Assembly: GCA_012295275.1 (NCBI GenBank) | Contig: CM022665.1 | Span: 22,320,001-22,384,000, forward strand | Direction: 5' to 3' | Source: Chrysomallon squamiferum | Lineage: Eukaryota > Animalia > Mollusca | DNA length: 64,000 bases | In this document: piece after piece, positions 27,100 through 40,100 of the stretch | How positions within the stretch are numbered: the stretch's first letter is position 1 | How the letters are laid out: every line of letters starts with the position of its first letter | Made by a program: the position numbers and the translations under genes | Notes under the pieces: model-generated | What the model saw: the letters and a program-made list of their open reading frames with translations, nothing else | Databases searched by the model: none | What the model was told of the DNA's origin: nothing

Positions 27100-29913
27100 T
27101 ATTCTGATGCTAAAAACTTGACACATAAGTATATGCCTTATTTTTATTTTAACTCATTTACCTCATTCATTCTCACATTATCTCTTAAATATATTATTTG
27201 GTCACAAAATAAATCATCCATACTGCACTTACTCACATTTTAAATTAGTCACATTTCACTTGTTATAAATATTTGATTTTAAGCTACAGCATACTACTTT
27301 TTCAGACTTAACATTTTTATAAGGAATATTTGTTGATGAATTTTCTTTATCACTTTTTTTTTCCATGCAAGATATACTGCATAATGTATGCAAAAATAGC
27401 TGTCACTAGTGTTAAAGTGCTACTAAGGACTTCACTCCTTTCTTTTCATTTTCTGAAGACAGCTCACTTGATGACAAAAGATATGACAAGCTACGCTTGT
27501 TTGTATACAATGCTTGAGATGGTGATCAATATTCACCACAATACCAAAATCAATACAATCTGTGAACTTGTAGGTCATGATAATCCAGGCAAAAGGCAAT
27601 AAAACCATATGACCTGTGACTAATATTCTATTAGCATGAGAAAACACACACACACAATAAAAACCCACAAAAAACAGACAACCAAATTAACAGTGAATGG
27701 TATTTGTTTTTAATTACAATGAATGTTGAAATGGACCACCTTGTTATGAGAATGCTTGTCATCAAAACACATCATAAATGCCTGGTGTTAACAAAATGAG
27801 ACTGACTGATACCATTATAATATATTCATTTATAATACTTATTACTAGATTGAAAAGGTATACCTGCTTTTGATACTTTTATTATGTTATCAGAAACAAA
27901 ATATAAACAGGAACTTTTTATTTTTTATTTTATTTTTTTAATTTGTGTAAAAAAGGAAGAAAAAAACCAAGAGATAAATTAAAAGACAGAATATTTGATC
28001 TCATGAATCAGTTTAGAATATGAAATAAAAAAAAAAAAAAATATGTCTGTCCTTCCAGATAGTTGACTAAATGTATTAAAGTTTTTAAACATAAAATATG
28101 ATATTGACATGAAGAAAAATTGCATTAAAATGTCAAAACAGTAAGTAACAAAACAGATGATTTGAATTACAAAAGTAAATTTTACCAGCAATATGTTAAT
28201 TTTTCAATGTTTTAATGATATTTGCACTAAGTAAAATAAGAAAATTTATTTATTTAATTTTCTCTGAACTTGTATACAAATGGCAGTTCTTAAACGTTTG
28301 GAATCAAATTCAGATTTAGTCACTATCAAAATGTCAGAAAGGACAGAGTACCAATGCAGTGCAGAGCCAGCACTACTCAAAGCATGGGCAGAATAAGAAT
28401 TAACTTACTAGCAGACACACAAAAAGCAACAAAATAGCCTTCCACCTGACAAAAATCACCTCTTCTACTGTTTCAAATGTTAGTTAAGTATACTATGTAT
28501 AGTCTCACATTAATGAAAGATGGAACAATCATTTTAAAATTTGTTATGTTTTGCAGCATGATTTATACTGATTACCAGTGAGTGACATTGGAACATGAAA
28601 GAAAATCATGATTCAGTTTTGTCTTATAACCAATACAATGAAGAATGATTATTATTATTTTTAGCTATACATATAAAATATAGTTTTCTGCAATCTTTGG
28701 AATACAAATTGGCAGGATGTGTGAAAGAATAATGCTGGGCACAGTGCATTCATTCTATCAGCTACATGACTTTATGCAAGCTATTTGAAAGTTAAACACT
28801 GAAATTGTATTCTTTTGAAATTTATATCTCACCTCTCATCCCACTTCCTTCCTCTAAGAAACTATCTCTGATTGGCTGAGGTCCATCATCATGGTGCGAT
28901 TCTCCACTTCCAGATGATGTGACACTGCTCTGAGGTGAAAGTGGGGCATGATCTGAAACGGTTGTCTGGATGTGAGATAAGTGGTCATCATTGGTACGCA
29001 ACCAGTCGGACACAAACTTCTCAGGATTCTGCATGGCACCTGGTGGAGCAACAGAGTAAGTTCTTCGTAAAGGTGAATGGAGATTTCCTGGACTGCCATT
29101 AGCTGAAATACAACTTGAAATATTGTTTATTCTGTCAACTATTTTGCAACATGGTATCTCATATAATGATATATGCATTTTCTCAGGACGGCACACACAA
29201 TAGCTTGGATAGAAAGGATGGAACTAAAAATGGGCCACCCAAAAAGTAGTTCAGCAATAATGTATTTGCAACCTATCAAATGTTGGACTGTTAAGTTAAA
29301 ACCCACTTACATACATTTTAACACAGAAACAAACATACAAAACAAATTATTAAAACTAATTACAATCTGTTTATCACAGAAAGACATGGTGAAATTGTCT
29401 AATATTACTGGAATTAATACTGTTTTCAGATAGAGGTTTTCATAGTACTTGAAAAGTCTGAGATCTCACTTAACTGTCATTAGGGAGTGGATTGATGAAT
29501 TTTATTGTTGTTTGGGTTGGGGTTTTTTTGTTTTGCATGGGGTGTAATGTTTTTAAGAAAAGAAAACAGGACATTTAATAACATAATAATACAAATCCTT
29601 TTTTTTTCTTCTTTTTTTTCAAAACTATTTTACTGAAATAATAATTATTATTATTATTATTTTTTTTTTTAACCAACGTTTGCTAATGAAATACTAATCA
29701 ATCCACTCTGAATCCTTAAATTAATAAAACTGTTTGTTTTTACAGAATTTTGATACAATCTAATACACAGTATTATACAGTATTACATAGTATCACTGTC
29801 ACTGGTGTCAAAATACAGTGGGGAAGAATAAAAACTGTAAATCAGTAATAAATCCCGCTAGTTGTATTTCAAAAGAATTATTTACTAACCAATAAAGATC
29901 AAATATAAGCTGG

Positions 29914-29964
<51 letters not shown>

Positions 29965-31136
29965 TCTTTGTATTTAAGATTCCAGTTATTCTCAAACTCC
30001 TGTTGCAGATATATACATGGTTTAAAAAAAAAAAAAAAAAAAAAACCATTTACTTGCGTTTGGCTGATATATGTAAAGTAATATGTTTTTCATTTATGAA
30101 GTTCTTTACTTAATAAAGTTTTAAATTACACACACAAGAATTTATGGTTTATATAATGCTAGGATTATAAAAAAAAAATAATTAAAAATGCATGTTGGTT
30201 TTTAATGTTTTTTGGGAGGGTATTATTATTAGTATTATTTATAAAAACATTTTTAAAATAATGAAGAACAAAATATACATAAACATTCATTTTTAATGTT
30301 GTTTTCTAATCATGGTATTGTATATGCATTAAAAAAAGGAACAAAACAAAAAAATTGCATTGAATTTCTGTTTAAACAGTCTTCTGACTAACAGCCATAA
30401 CCAAATCATGTGATAATCTATATTATTGTATTAATTATATAAATTACTAACAGTATCCTCAAAATGTGTATTTCAGTACAAAAAGGTTTGCATGAATCTA
30501 CTCATGATGTGTATCAACATATTAACTGAAGCTAAGCTTTAAAATTTAATATTAATTAACGATAGTAACATCATTTTGGTTTAAAAAATCCATACTTACT
30601 TTATGTATACAGATAATTTTTACATATTTATATTTTCTATATATTAGACAAGCTTTTAAGGGGCAACCAAAGTTTGTTTGTTTTTTTGAAAATTCTTATT
30701 AAATGGATGTCATCTATGAGTAACAATTATTTACATTAAACAGTGATAGTGCATTCACATTTTTAACTGTATAGATTTTCATTTATTTATTTGTTATTTA
30801 TAATCCATACATAGTTTGTGCACAGTACTATCTACTAATAAACATATGATCTGTATACCTCTACATAAATCAATACAGCTTCCCAGACCAACATGATGAA
30901 TTTGTGCAACATCGTGACAGCAAAGCATGTGTTCATGACTTTGCCTGTGCCAAGGTGCTAAATATAGCTTATTTCATTTAACATCTAGCCTACATTTTGT
31001 ATATATATATGTATATATTTAGAACATGTGGCATGGCTTTGTCAGCTTAGGCTGTTATTTACCTTGACCAAGACCCGATCAAATATATCATGCCTATATC
31101 ACGCAAAGTAATATCTGTAAAATGAAACTAGTCCAG

Positions 31137-31168
<32 letters not shown>

Positions 31169-34100
31169 CTTTCTTTGTTAGATTCTGAACTGCACAAAAT
31201 TTGTAAAATTTAAAAATAAGAACCTGGTCATGTATATAATGTGTAAAGAAAGTTTCTTGAAAGAATTTTACAGATATTTTTTAATTTACAAGACTAATTA
31301 ATTAATAGAAAAATATTAATTGTATCTTTTCTGTTTGGAAATTTTGTAATATATGAGATAAATTCTGAACTGGAAAATAACCCCCAAATAATAAATAAAT
31401 TTTCAACAAAATATCAAACATGCCTGTATATAAAGAATTTATTAAGGGGACACACTGTAATAAAATCTATTTCTTAAAATTCTTAACAGATTTTGCTGAA
31501 ACTGTAACACAGAGTCAGTTCTGTAACATCAGAAATAAGACATAAAAATTCAGAAAAACATTCAACTCATAAGAGGCCCTAATTGTGTTGACTTCTTTGG
31601 TTTTGGCTTAATATCAGAATCTCCATAACCAACTGGTGAAATACACTCACATTTTAGAGGTAAAACAGTTAACATGTATATCCATGTCGTATCCAAGTTT
31701 TTGTTGTTTTTCTCTTTATTTATTTATTTCATTTTGTACCAAAAGTTTTTTTTGGTTTACCTTTGTGAAAAAAAAAAAAAAGAAAAAAAGAAAAAAAGAA
31801 TATTTCTGTTATAACATGGATAAAATCTATGTAAGAAGAAAAGACAGATCTGTAAGAAATGTGCAACTAAGAAATTCAGACTTAAATTTTGACAGTTGTC
31901 TGATTTGCTTTTTTTAATTTCTCCTGAGCACATGGAAGCTGATTGTAAAAACAATCCACGTCTACATATTTTCACTTATAGATACTTTATTTGTGTATTT
32001 CAGATAGTATGGCCTCTTTTTCTAGCCTCTAATTTACAGAAATGGCCAAACATTTTTTTTTTATTTGTGCCATCATGCAGTGTGCAGTTTGCTGTACGTC
32101 TAATTAGGTTCAAAATGTATATGTATTTAAACAGAAGTGATTTTTCAATACATTTTGTGTTACTGAACATGAACAAAAGAAATAAAATGATAGGAATGTT
32201 GCAATATTATTTATTTTTATTGTCTGTATTATATTTATTCAAGATAAAACCAAATACTTATCAAAAGTCAGTTAACAAAATATGAATGTGACAAAATTGG
32301 AAACGTGTGGGGGGTTTTCTGAGGGGTTTTTGGTTTTATTTTCAGTGATATCCAAGCGTTGACCTTTCCTTTTCACTTTAATAAATTTTTAAAAGATTGT
32401 CATAACAATGTTCCCAGTGAAATTTTGTGATGCAAATTTAACATTTTGGAAACAATGACACCTTGTAATAGTTGATGAAAAAAATAAGCAGGTTTATTCA
32501 CGTTCAGAAAACCAGTGTAATGTTTCAATTACTAACTTCCCAGTTGGTGAGAATAATATAAAAACAGTTGTACATAGAAAGTAACTTCAGACTGATACCT
32601 TGATATATATCTGGATACCCTAGTATTCCAGAGATTAGATAATAGTTCTACTCTGTGATACCAGTTCTACTCTGTGATAAATAAAATATTTACTAATTTT
32701 CAGCTGAACAAATTCACTGTCCAGCAATATTTGATAATGAAATCAAAAGAAAACATTTACAATAGTGAAAATATGAACTACTGTACATGAACACTCTGCT
32801 TATCCTTGTCTTTGTACTGTTAATACTCGTTTTCCTTTTACAGTGCAACTGTGTGTCCTTGTTTATTTTATAACATGCATATTCACCATGCAGCAGATGA
32901 ATCATAAATACATGTGTAATATCATATTTAATTAATAAGGTAATAATATCCCCACACTATGTTATTCTTTCTGAGTACATGCTTATTGTCTCCATACCTA
33001 TTAATTATATATTGTTTAAAGCGTACAAAAATATTAACAAACAATTCTGTACTGTAATATGTACATTTTATCATTTTCACACATACATTTAGACAACTAT
33101 ATATATATATATTTTAAATAATGTTTCTGTTTACATTAATATTTTATTACACAAGATAAATATTCATGTATGTGAGAGATTTGATCATGTTTACTACACT
33201 GACATAAAAATAACTGAACTGATATGCAGCATCTGTTGGATATATAATACATACAAACACAATCCTTTGCTTCTGAGGTACGTGGCCTAATTCAGTGTTT
33301 AAACATACATGTTGACACCAGCTACTAGATTCTTACTGTTCTGTTTACAGTTTTAAAATAACAATAATCACATGATGTAGATAAGTTTATTAATATGTCC
33401 TTTTAATAATAACATCTGTTTGAAAATTAAATGACTTTTTAAAAGGAAAAAACCAGATTATTATAATCCTAGCCAATGATGTGACATTTGCTCAGTTGGC
33501 AGTTTGCTGCTTTTAAAATGTAAACAAAAATAAAAATACTAGTCCCACTAAAAGATGTTGCTAGAAAAACAAAATCAAGATTATGTTTGCAGGTCTAATA
33601 CTACAGATGTGTATAAAAATTTTCCAAGCAATTAAAATTGATGAGGTTTATCTTTGTTATTTAAAATGTTTTTATTTTATTACTTCATGAAAGTTACGCT
33701 GGAAATAATAGGTAACATTATAGTGAATTAATAAATTTATGTTACTAACTTTATAAACATTTACAGTATCAAAGAATTAAGATTTTTAAACTCAGTACAT
33801 TAATGTTTATAATATAATGGTTACCTTATTGATTTACACATGCCCACCTTAATTCAGTTACTTTTAAGATAAATAAAAGGTAGTGGAATTGTTATATTTA
33901 CTGTGTTTTACAAAGCTCTATCACATCAGATAATATATTGCATTATGAATAGTGAAATAGTAATATATATAAAAAAAATATCTTTCAAAATTAAAACTCT
34001 GAAATGCTGTCCTATTTATAAGATACAGAGCTTTTCATTTCAAAATATTTTTAAATAATTGACTACATACACAGAAGAAATAGAAAACAACTGTGTATAA

Positions 34101-37100
34101 CTTCCTTTTTTGAACACAGGTCATCCACCCTTTTCACTTTAGGTCATATTTTAATTCTGTTTGTTCCTCAACCCCATGCTCTTTATATGTTAATTTAATG
34201 TTACACCCAAATCACGCAGAAAATACTTTATGACCCAAAAAATACAAAAATATCCACCTCTTCAAAATACATAAAGATGTTTTAACAAAAGATGTAGTGA
34301 ATATACTTGTATTTAAGATGCTCTGAATATAATTACATTTGTTATGACACAGGGAGACGCCCAGAGCCTGTCATACTATACTGCCTGTTACAACTTGTTT
34401 TGAATACAACTGTGATATAAACCAAACAAAATGATTTAACAAAAAATGCCAGACTACTCAAGGATGGATGAGGGTGTGGCAATAAAATATTTCAGATCTG
34501 CTGATGAAAGAAAATTATTCAACATGCTCTATACATCAAGCCTGCTAGATAATAAACTACCTGCCTAATATACCTGACTTTTAACATTTAATATCTGCAA
34601 AAAGTAAAAATTGTACCAGCTATAACCTATCAGGAAATTAATGACAATGTAATCATATTTACTGTTTCATTAGATTCAATGTTGCTTCTACTGCTTTAGA
34701 ATTCCTCTTTGTTTTCCTGTAATCTTTTTATAAAATATACTTATAACCCCATTAACAGCCATTATGATCTAGAAACAGACATTTACAGTATAATTTTTTA
34801 ATTAAATATGTTCATGGAAGAATGAAATTCCTTTGTAACTTTTTCTTACCCTTGACCCAACATTCATGTATCAGAAGAAAAAATAATAAACAATGTTTTT
34901 AAATATTTAGTTACTCTTCAAATAGTTTGAATTTTTTATGACTTAATTAATAATTATAAAACACTATCAAATTTAAACTTTCACTCACCCTGTGAAGTAG
35001 GCACTGTTGTGTTAAAGTTGGGTGGAGCAGATGATGTGGCATGAAGGGGGATGTGTCCACCATTAGGTGAGGAGACAGCACCAGCATGACTATTACTGAC
35101 TTGCAATGGAAGATGTCCAAAACTGTTTGGAATCAAACTCCCAGTATTGTTAGAATTGTCAGCATCACTGACAGGAGCGGTCAACTCAGGTATTAAATTC
35201 CATCCATTCAGCTGAACATTGTTTATACCTGAAGTCTGACAACTTAAGTTAGAGACGACACTGTCCTGAGAGTATCCCGAATCCTGAGACTGAGTTTGAT
35301 GGGAGTGGTTGATGCTGTAGGTGAATCTCTCCTCTAGATAGCCCAACCACATTCGAAACTGTGACCGCTCTTCATTTGTTATTGCTGGGTGGATCAGAGA
35401 ATACGAAAGAAGCTGTCGACTTTCCTCAATGTTGATGCCACTCTCAATGGCATGAGACAGCACCTTGGGAATGACTGTTAAGTACTCTTTCTTGGCCAGT
35501 GTGTTTCCTGACTGAAGAAGAGGAAGGTAGTTGAGCAGATGGAGAATGGCCTTGTCTTTGTATTCACCACATAGCTGACTAATGTGCACTGGAAAAAATT
35601 TAAAAATTAAAAAATAAAATGATTTTGCAAGATTGTAAATTTATTTGTATTTAAAGAAATGATTAGCAAAATGCTGATTTAGAAAACAATTTATCATATT
35701 TCTATATTCTGTTTAGTTATAATACTTTAGCTATTACTGAAAATATTAATGAGTCGAACATCAAGAATTATGTATTTTAAATTGCCCCCAACAGCCATAT
35801 CAGAACAAATGTGATAAAAAGTTGATGTTGTTGTTCACATTTACAGCAGATGATCAAATTCCCAGAAGTACAATTTTTTTTACATTACAGGGTGTGTGCA
35901 CTTTACAGTCACCCTGTCACCCATGGCAAGTCAAAATAGCATTGGGCAAGTGAAAACCATAATTGTTTTGCCTGCCTGACAACCAAAAATTTCCACAAGC
36001 TGTATTATGTATCAAAATGCAAATACCTGATGTTTGTCAGAGACTGAGAATTTATTTTTTATTCATTGTTTTCTACTGGTTCCTATTGGTATCTGTGCAA
36101 CTAAACCTATATAGGACACAACAGCGACCATTTCCCCAGTCTATCGAACAGTTTGAAAGTGTTCTGAAAACCTTGACCACATAATGTATTTGCATGTTCA
36201 ACTGGAATACCTCTGCCCTATCCATCTTAGGAAACTGAGGCTTTTTGAAATTACATTATGTTGAAATGTTTTCATTTCTTGCAGAATATGAACAGTCTAC
36301 AATACCAAACACCCAATCATCAGTGCAACTGTAGTCAACAAAAGCTATCACTGCATGTGTGAGTGTTGTGGGATGTTCAGATTAACTGAACTCTTGACAG
36401 GTGACCTGTTAATAAACAAACTGTTGTCCATCTTTTAGCCTACATCCAGTGAACTGGTGTTGTGTTCATGTAATGCCATTATGGTCACAAATATTATTGG
36501 TCACAAACATCATTTTGGCCATAAAATGACTTTATTCATTCCAAGACCAAGCTTTGGCAAAACATTCAAGATGTTTGATTGGGTGGGTCCTCTGACAGCA
36601 CAATAATAATTTAATTACAACAGTTTTTATTATATGATAAAATATTTTTTTTAAAGAGCAAGTTAAAGAAAAAAATTCCATTTTTTTTTTTTTTTAACAA
36701 ATTTTAATTTTAAAATTAAAGAAATTTGGTCAGAAGCCATTCAAAGGTTGTACAGGTGAGAAAGTGTTATTGTTATTGTCACAAATGGCCAGTCAAAACA
36801 AATCCCAAGTGCATAATCTTCATTACCATAATTTTAATTTTATAACAAATAATTTTGTTGTCAGACATTAATGTTTCACTTATACATGCAACACCATCTA
36901 CATATCAGAGGCATCATAAAACTATTTTCTTTTACAGACTGAACATCAAGTCAATATACTGAAAATGCCTTTCATAAAAAATACAAATTAATTCAGAAAT
37001 AATATTGTATACCAATCAAAATTAAATAAAATAAAATAACTAAACAACATGAGGCTTTTGTTGTTAAAATGCAGACATTAATTATATCCAGTAATTAAAA

Positions 37101-40100
37101 CTAATGTTTAAGTTTGGCAAGATTTTTAAAAACCTGGTTTACCCACTTTGATACTGATATTTCTATGATCAGCAAACTCCATTCTCAAATCTATGTACCT
37201 TACACTCTTAAATATTTCAACTACTGAACACTCAAAACATACAAATTTCTGTATAAGAAATGCAGTCCTTGAAACTAAATTCTTTCATGCTAACAAAATT
37301 GAAGGCTACATTTTATTACCTAAACCTGAACTCTCAGCCATGGCTTTATCTTCTCAATCATAACCAAAAGACACAAAATAATTGACTGGTTCACAAGAAA
37401 ACCCATTACAAAAATTCTACCTTTATAATACAGGTGATATATTTTATAATAAACATATCATTTATTATTTTTATCAAGAATGGTTTAGTAGGAAGAAACG
37501 TTTGTTTAACAACACCCTTAAAGAGTTCTGATCTAGGACTGAATGGCAAAATATGTAGTTAAGGACCACAGTATGGTTTAGAAAATCTGATCATGAAATA
37601 TGGTATATATATTTCAATTCTTATATATATATATTTTAAATCTGAAATACTCATATGATTTCAAAAAATAAATAACCCGTGTTTTAATAATTATATAATT
37701 ATGAAATTATGAATTAACAAGTATCTTACATTAATGATTCATTAAACTACAATCTACAAATAACTAACTGATGTGCCCTTTTTAACTGCTCTATTATAAT
37801 AAATTATTATGATTATTATTATTATTTTATTATTATTATTATTAATTAAAACTTTTTTGAAGTTTTCCTTTATTCCTTTGGGAAATTTTAAATTCACCAT
37901 TCTGTCTTAAAATTATAAATATTTTAATTATTTAGTTAATTAATATGTAGTTGACATGTTTAACTATGTCAACAAAACAAAAAACCCACTTGATATTTAA
38001 TTATATTTTGGTAATTAAAACAGTTGTCAATTTATCATCATCATTATTTATTTATATTATATAAAATCATAGTGTGTATATTTTTTCTTTTGAGTACCAT
38101 AAATGAATCAATAGGAAACAGGTTTCTTCAAACATAAAAAAACCCGAAACCATGCCAGCATAAATTGCACAAACAATTGTTTTCTTTGTACATCAGCATT
38201 ATAACCAAATTTAATCAATTAAATTGTGTTAAAGTCATTAGAAAGTGTCATTTGGAAAACTGTGGTTGATTACAGAAGAGAAGATTCTGGAAAGAAAAAT
38301 GTTTGCATGGCAGCTAAACAACTTCTTTTAAAATCTCTTAAAACATTTTTATACATTTACTTTTTACTTACAAAATCTTTTGCACAGACTGCAAATGTGA
38401 AACTAAGAATTAACAAAACTAAACATGCTGCAATTCAAGCAGATCTACCACAGCTGTGCATTTTATTTGTAAGATTTAAGTTGTAACGTACATGTTTATT
38501 AGAATTTGACTTACTAACTCTACTACTGATCATTTAATGTGACAGGAAACCAAAGAAAACATTTAAAACAGTAATAAACACAAGATCAGTGTGTCAGCTT
38601 TGAATTGTATCAAAATGACTCATAGGTACAGAAAAAAAGACTGATGATAAAAATAGTCTACATATTAGATACACATAAACAGGATTATGAACTGTTTATA
38701 ATATTCATTTTAGAAATAAACCATGTAGCTGTGTTTGTCAACATTTATTTTATATATAGTTGTTTTTTTTGTGTGTTTTTTGTTGTTGTTATCTGTTTTA
38801 GGAAATTTTGTGTTTCATAGATATACACTTTTATTCTTACACTACAAAAATACTTTAGAAACATTTAAAGGTTAACTACAGTTGATATAATGTATATTCA
38901 ACTGTTTTTCTGATTAGATTAGATTAAAGCATTTCTATCTTTATGCTTGACCTAATTTCAGTTTACGCAGAAAATTAACAAATGATAATCCCAACTAAGG
39001 CCTCTGCTGCATAAATTATCATGAAAGTTGACTAAATTCAGTTGACACCTGGAAAGCAAATACTAATGACAGGTGATGGCATACTGCTACACAAATGAAC
39101 TGCAGGTGGAAAAAGCAAAATAAAAGGAAAAACAAATGCGTTGTTATCCATCATTTATTTAATAAGTTAAACAGTAACTTGCTGACGATAAAAAGTAAAA
39201 CTGTATTATACCTGTTTTATTTTAGAAGAGAAAAATGTTTATTGGTTATAAATGACCTTTATAAAACTGTTTCCTACAACTGCTTTGTTGATTAAGAATC
39301 TTCCATTTAATTTAAAAAATAAAAAATAAAAATAAATAAATAAAAATGATGCAACTGCCTCAAAATAAATTAATCCCCAGTGAGACAGAATCTGCTTCAG
39401 TAGTAAAATGCAGTTACTGTTAAAAACACGAAAGATGAAAACTGGTCCACAATATTTCCAGCAGTGACAAAGCAAAATTGCTAAAACAAGGAGAAAAGAA
39501 GAAGAAAATCTTTGTAATGGTGTTTCCTTACATCACAAGAACAGAACATGACATATAATAACCATGTACTAGTAAATGTCAGCATCTTTAACAAAGGATA
39601 ATTGTATTCTTTTCTTTAAAAACCCCCACTTACATGACTGCAGTATGAAGCAGACATTTAAAAAATATGTGTTTAAAATAAATTTCAGTCCTGAAAAAGA
39701 TGTGGAATAAAATTAATTTTAATTTTTTCCTTTTTTCTTAATTCTTTAAATGGACTTAAATTTGTCAGTATCAAACTAATTTAAATATAGAATTAAATTT
39801 TATTATAAATAACAAAATGAGTTACTAATCATCATTACAATCACTTTATGTGACTCTGACAGGACCATTTCAACCATGAATGGCAAGACCCCACACCAGT
39901 GGCTAAGAGCTGATTAAGGTATTAACTCCACATGTGAGGTCATTTAGTTTTTACCTCAAACTGAGTGTCTTCCATGCTAAATAAAGCTTTCAATTATTCC
40001 TATATTTTAAGAACACACACTGATCATCTGATGAGCATATCATGACTAATCAAAATTCAACTTCAGTGCAACATTCTTCTTAGAGTAGTAAAAATGTCTA

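Noticed and set aside
35888-36600. GC-richer intronic block starting CAGGG with GGGCAAGT-like motifs, possibly a hAT relic; also a MITE-like end near 8604
   Set aside because: No matching opposite TIR, TSD or transposase motif could be found by eye
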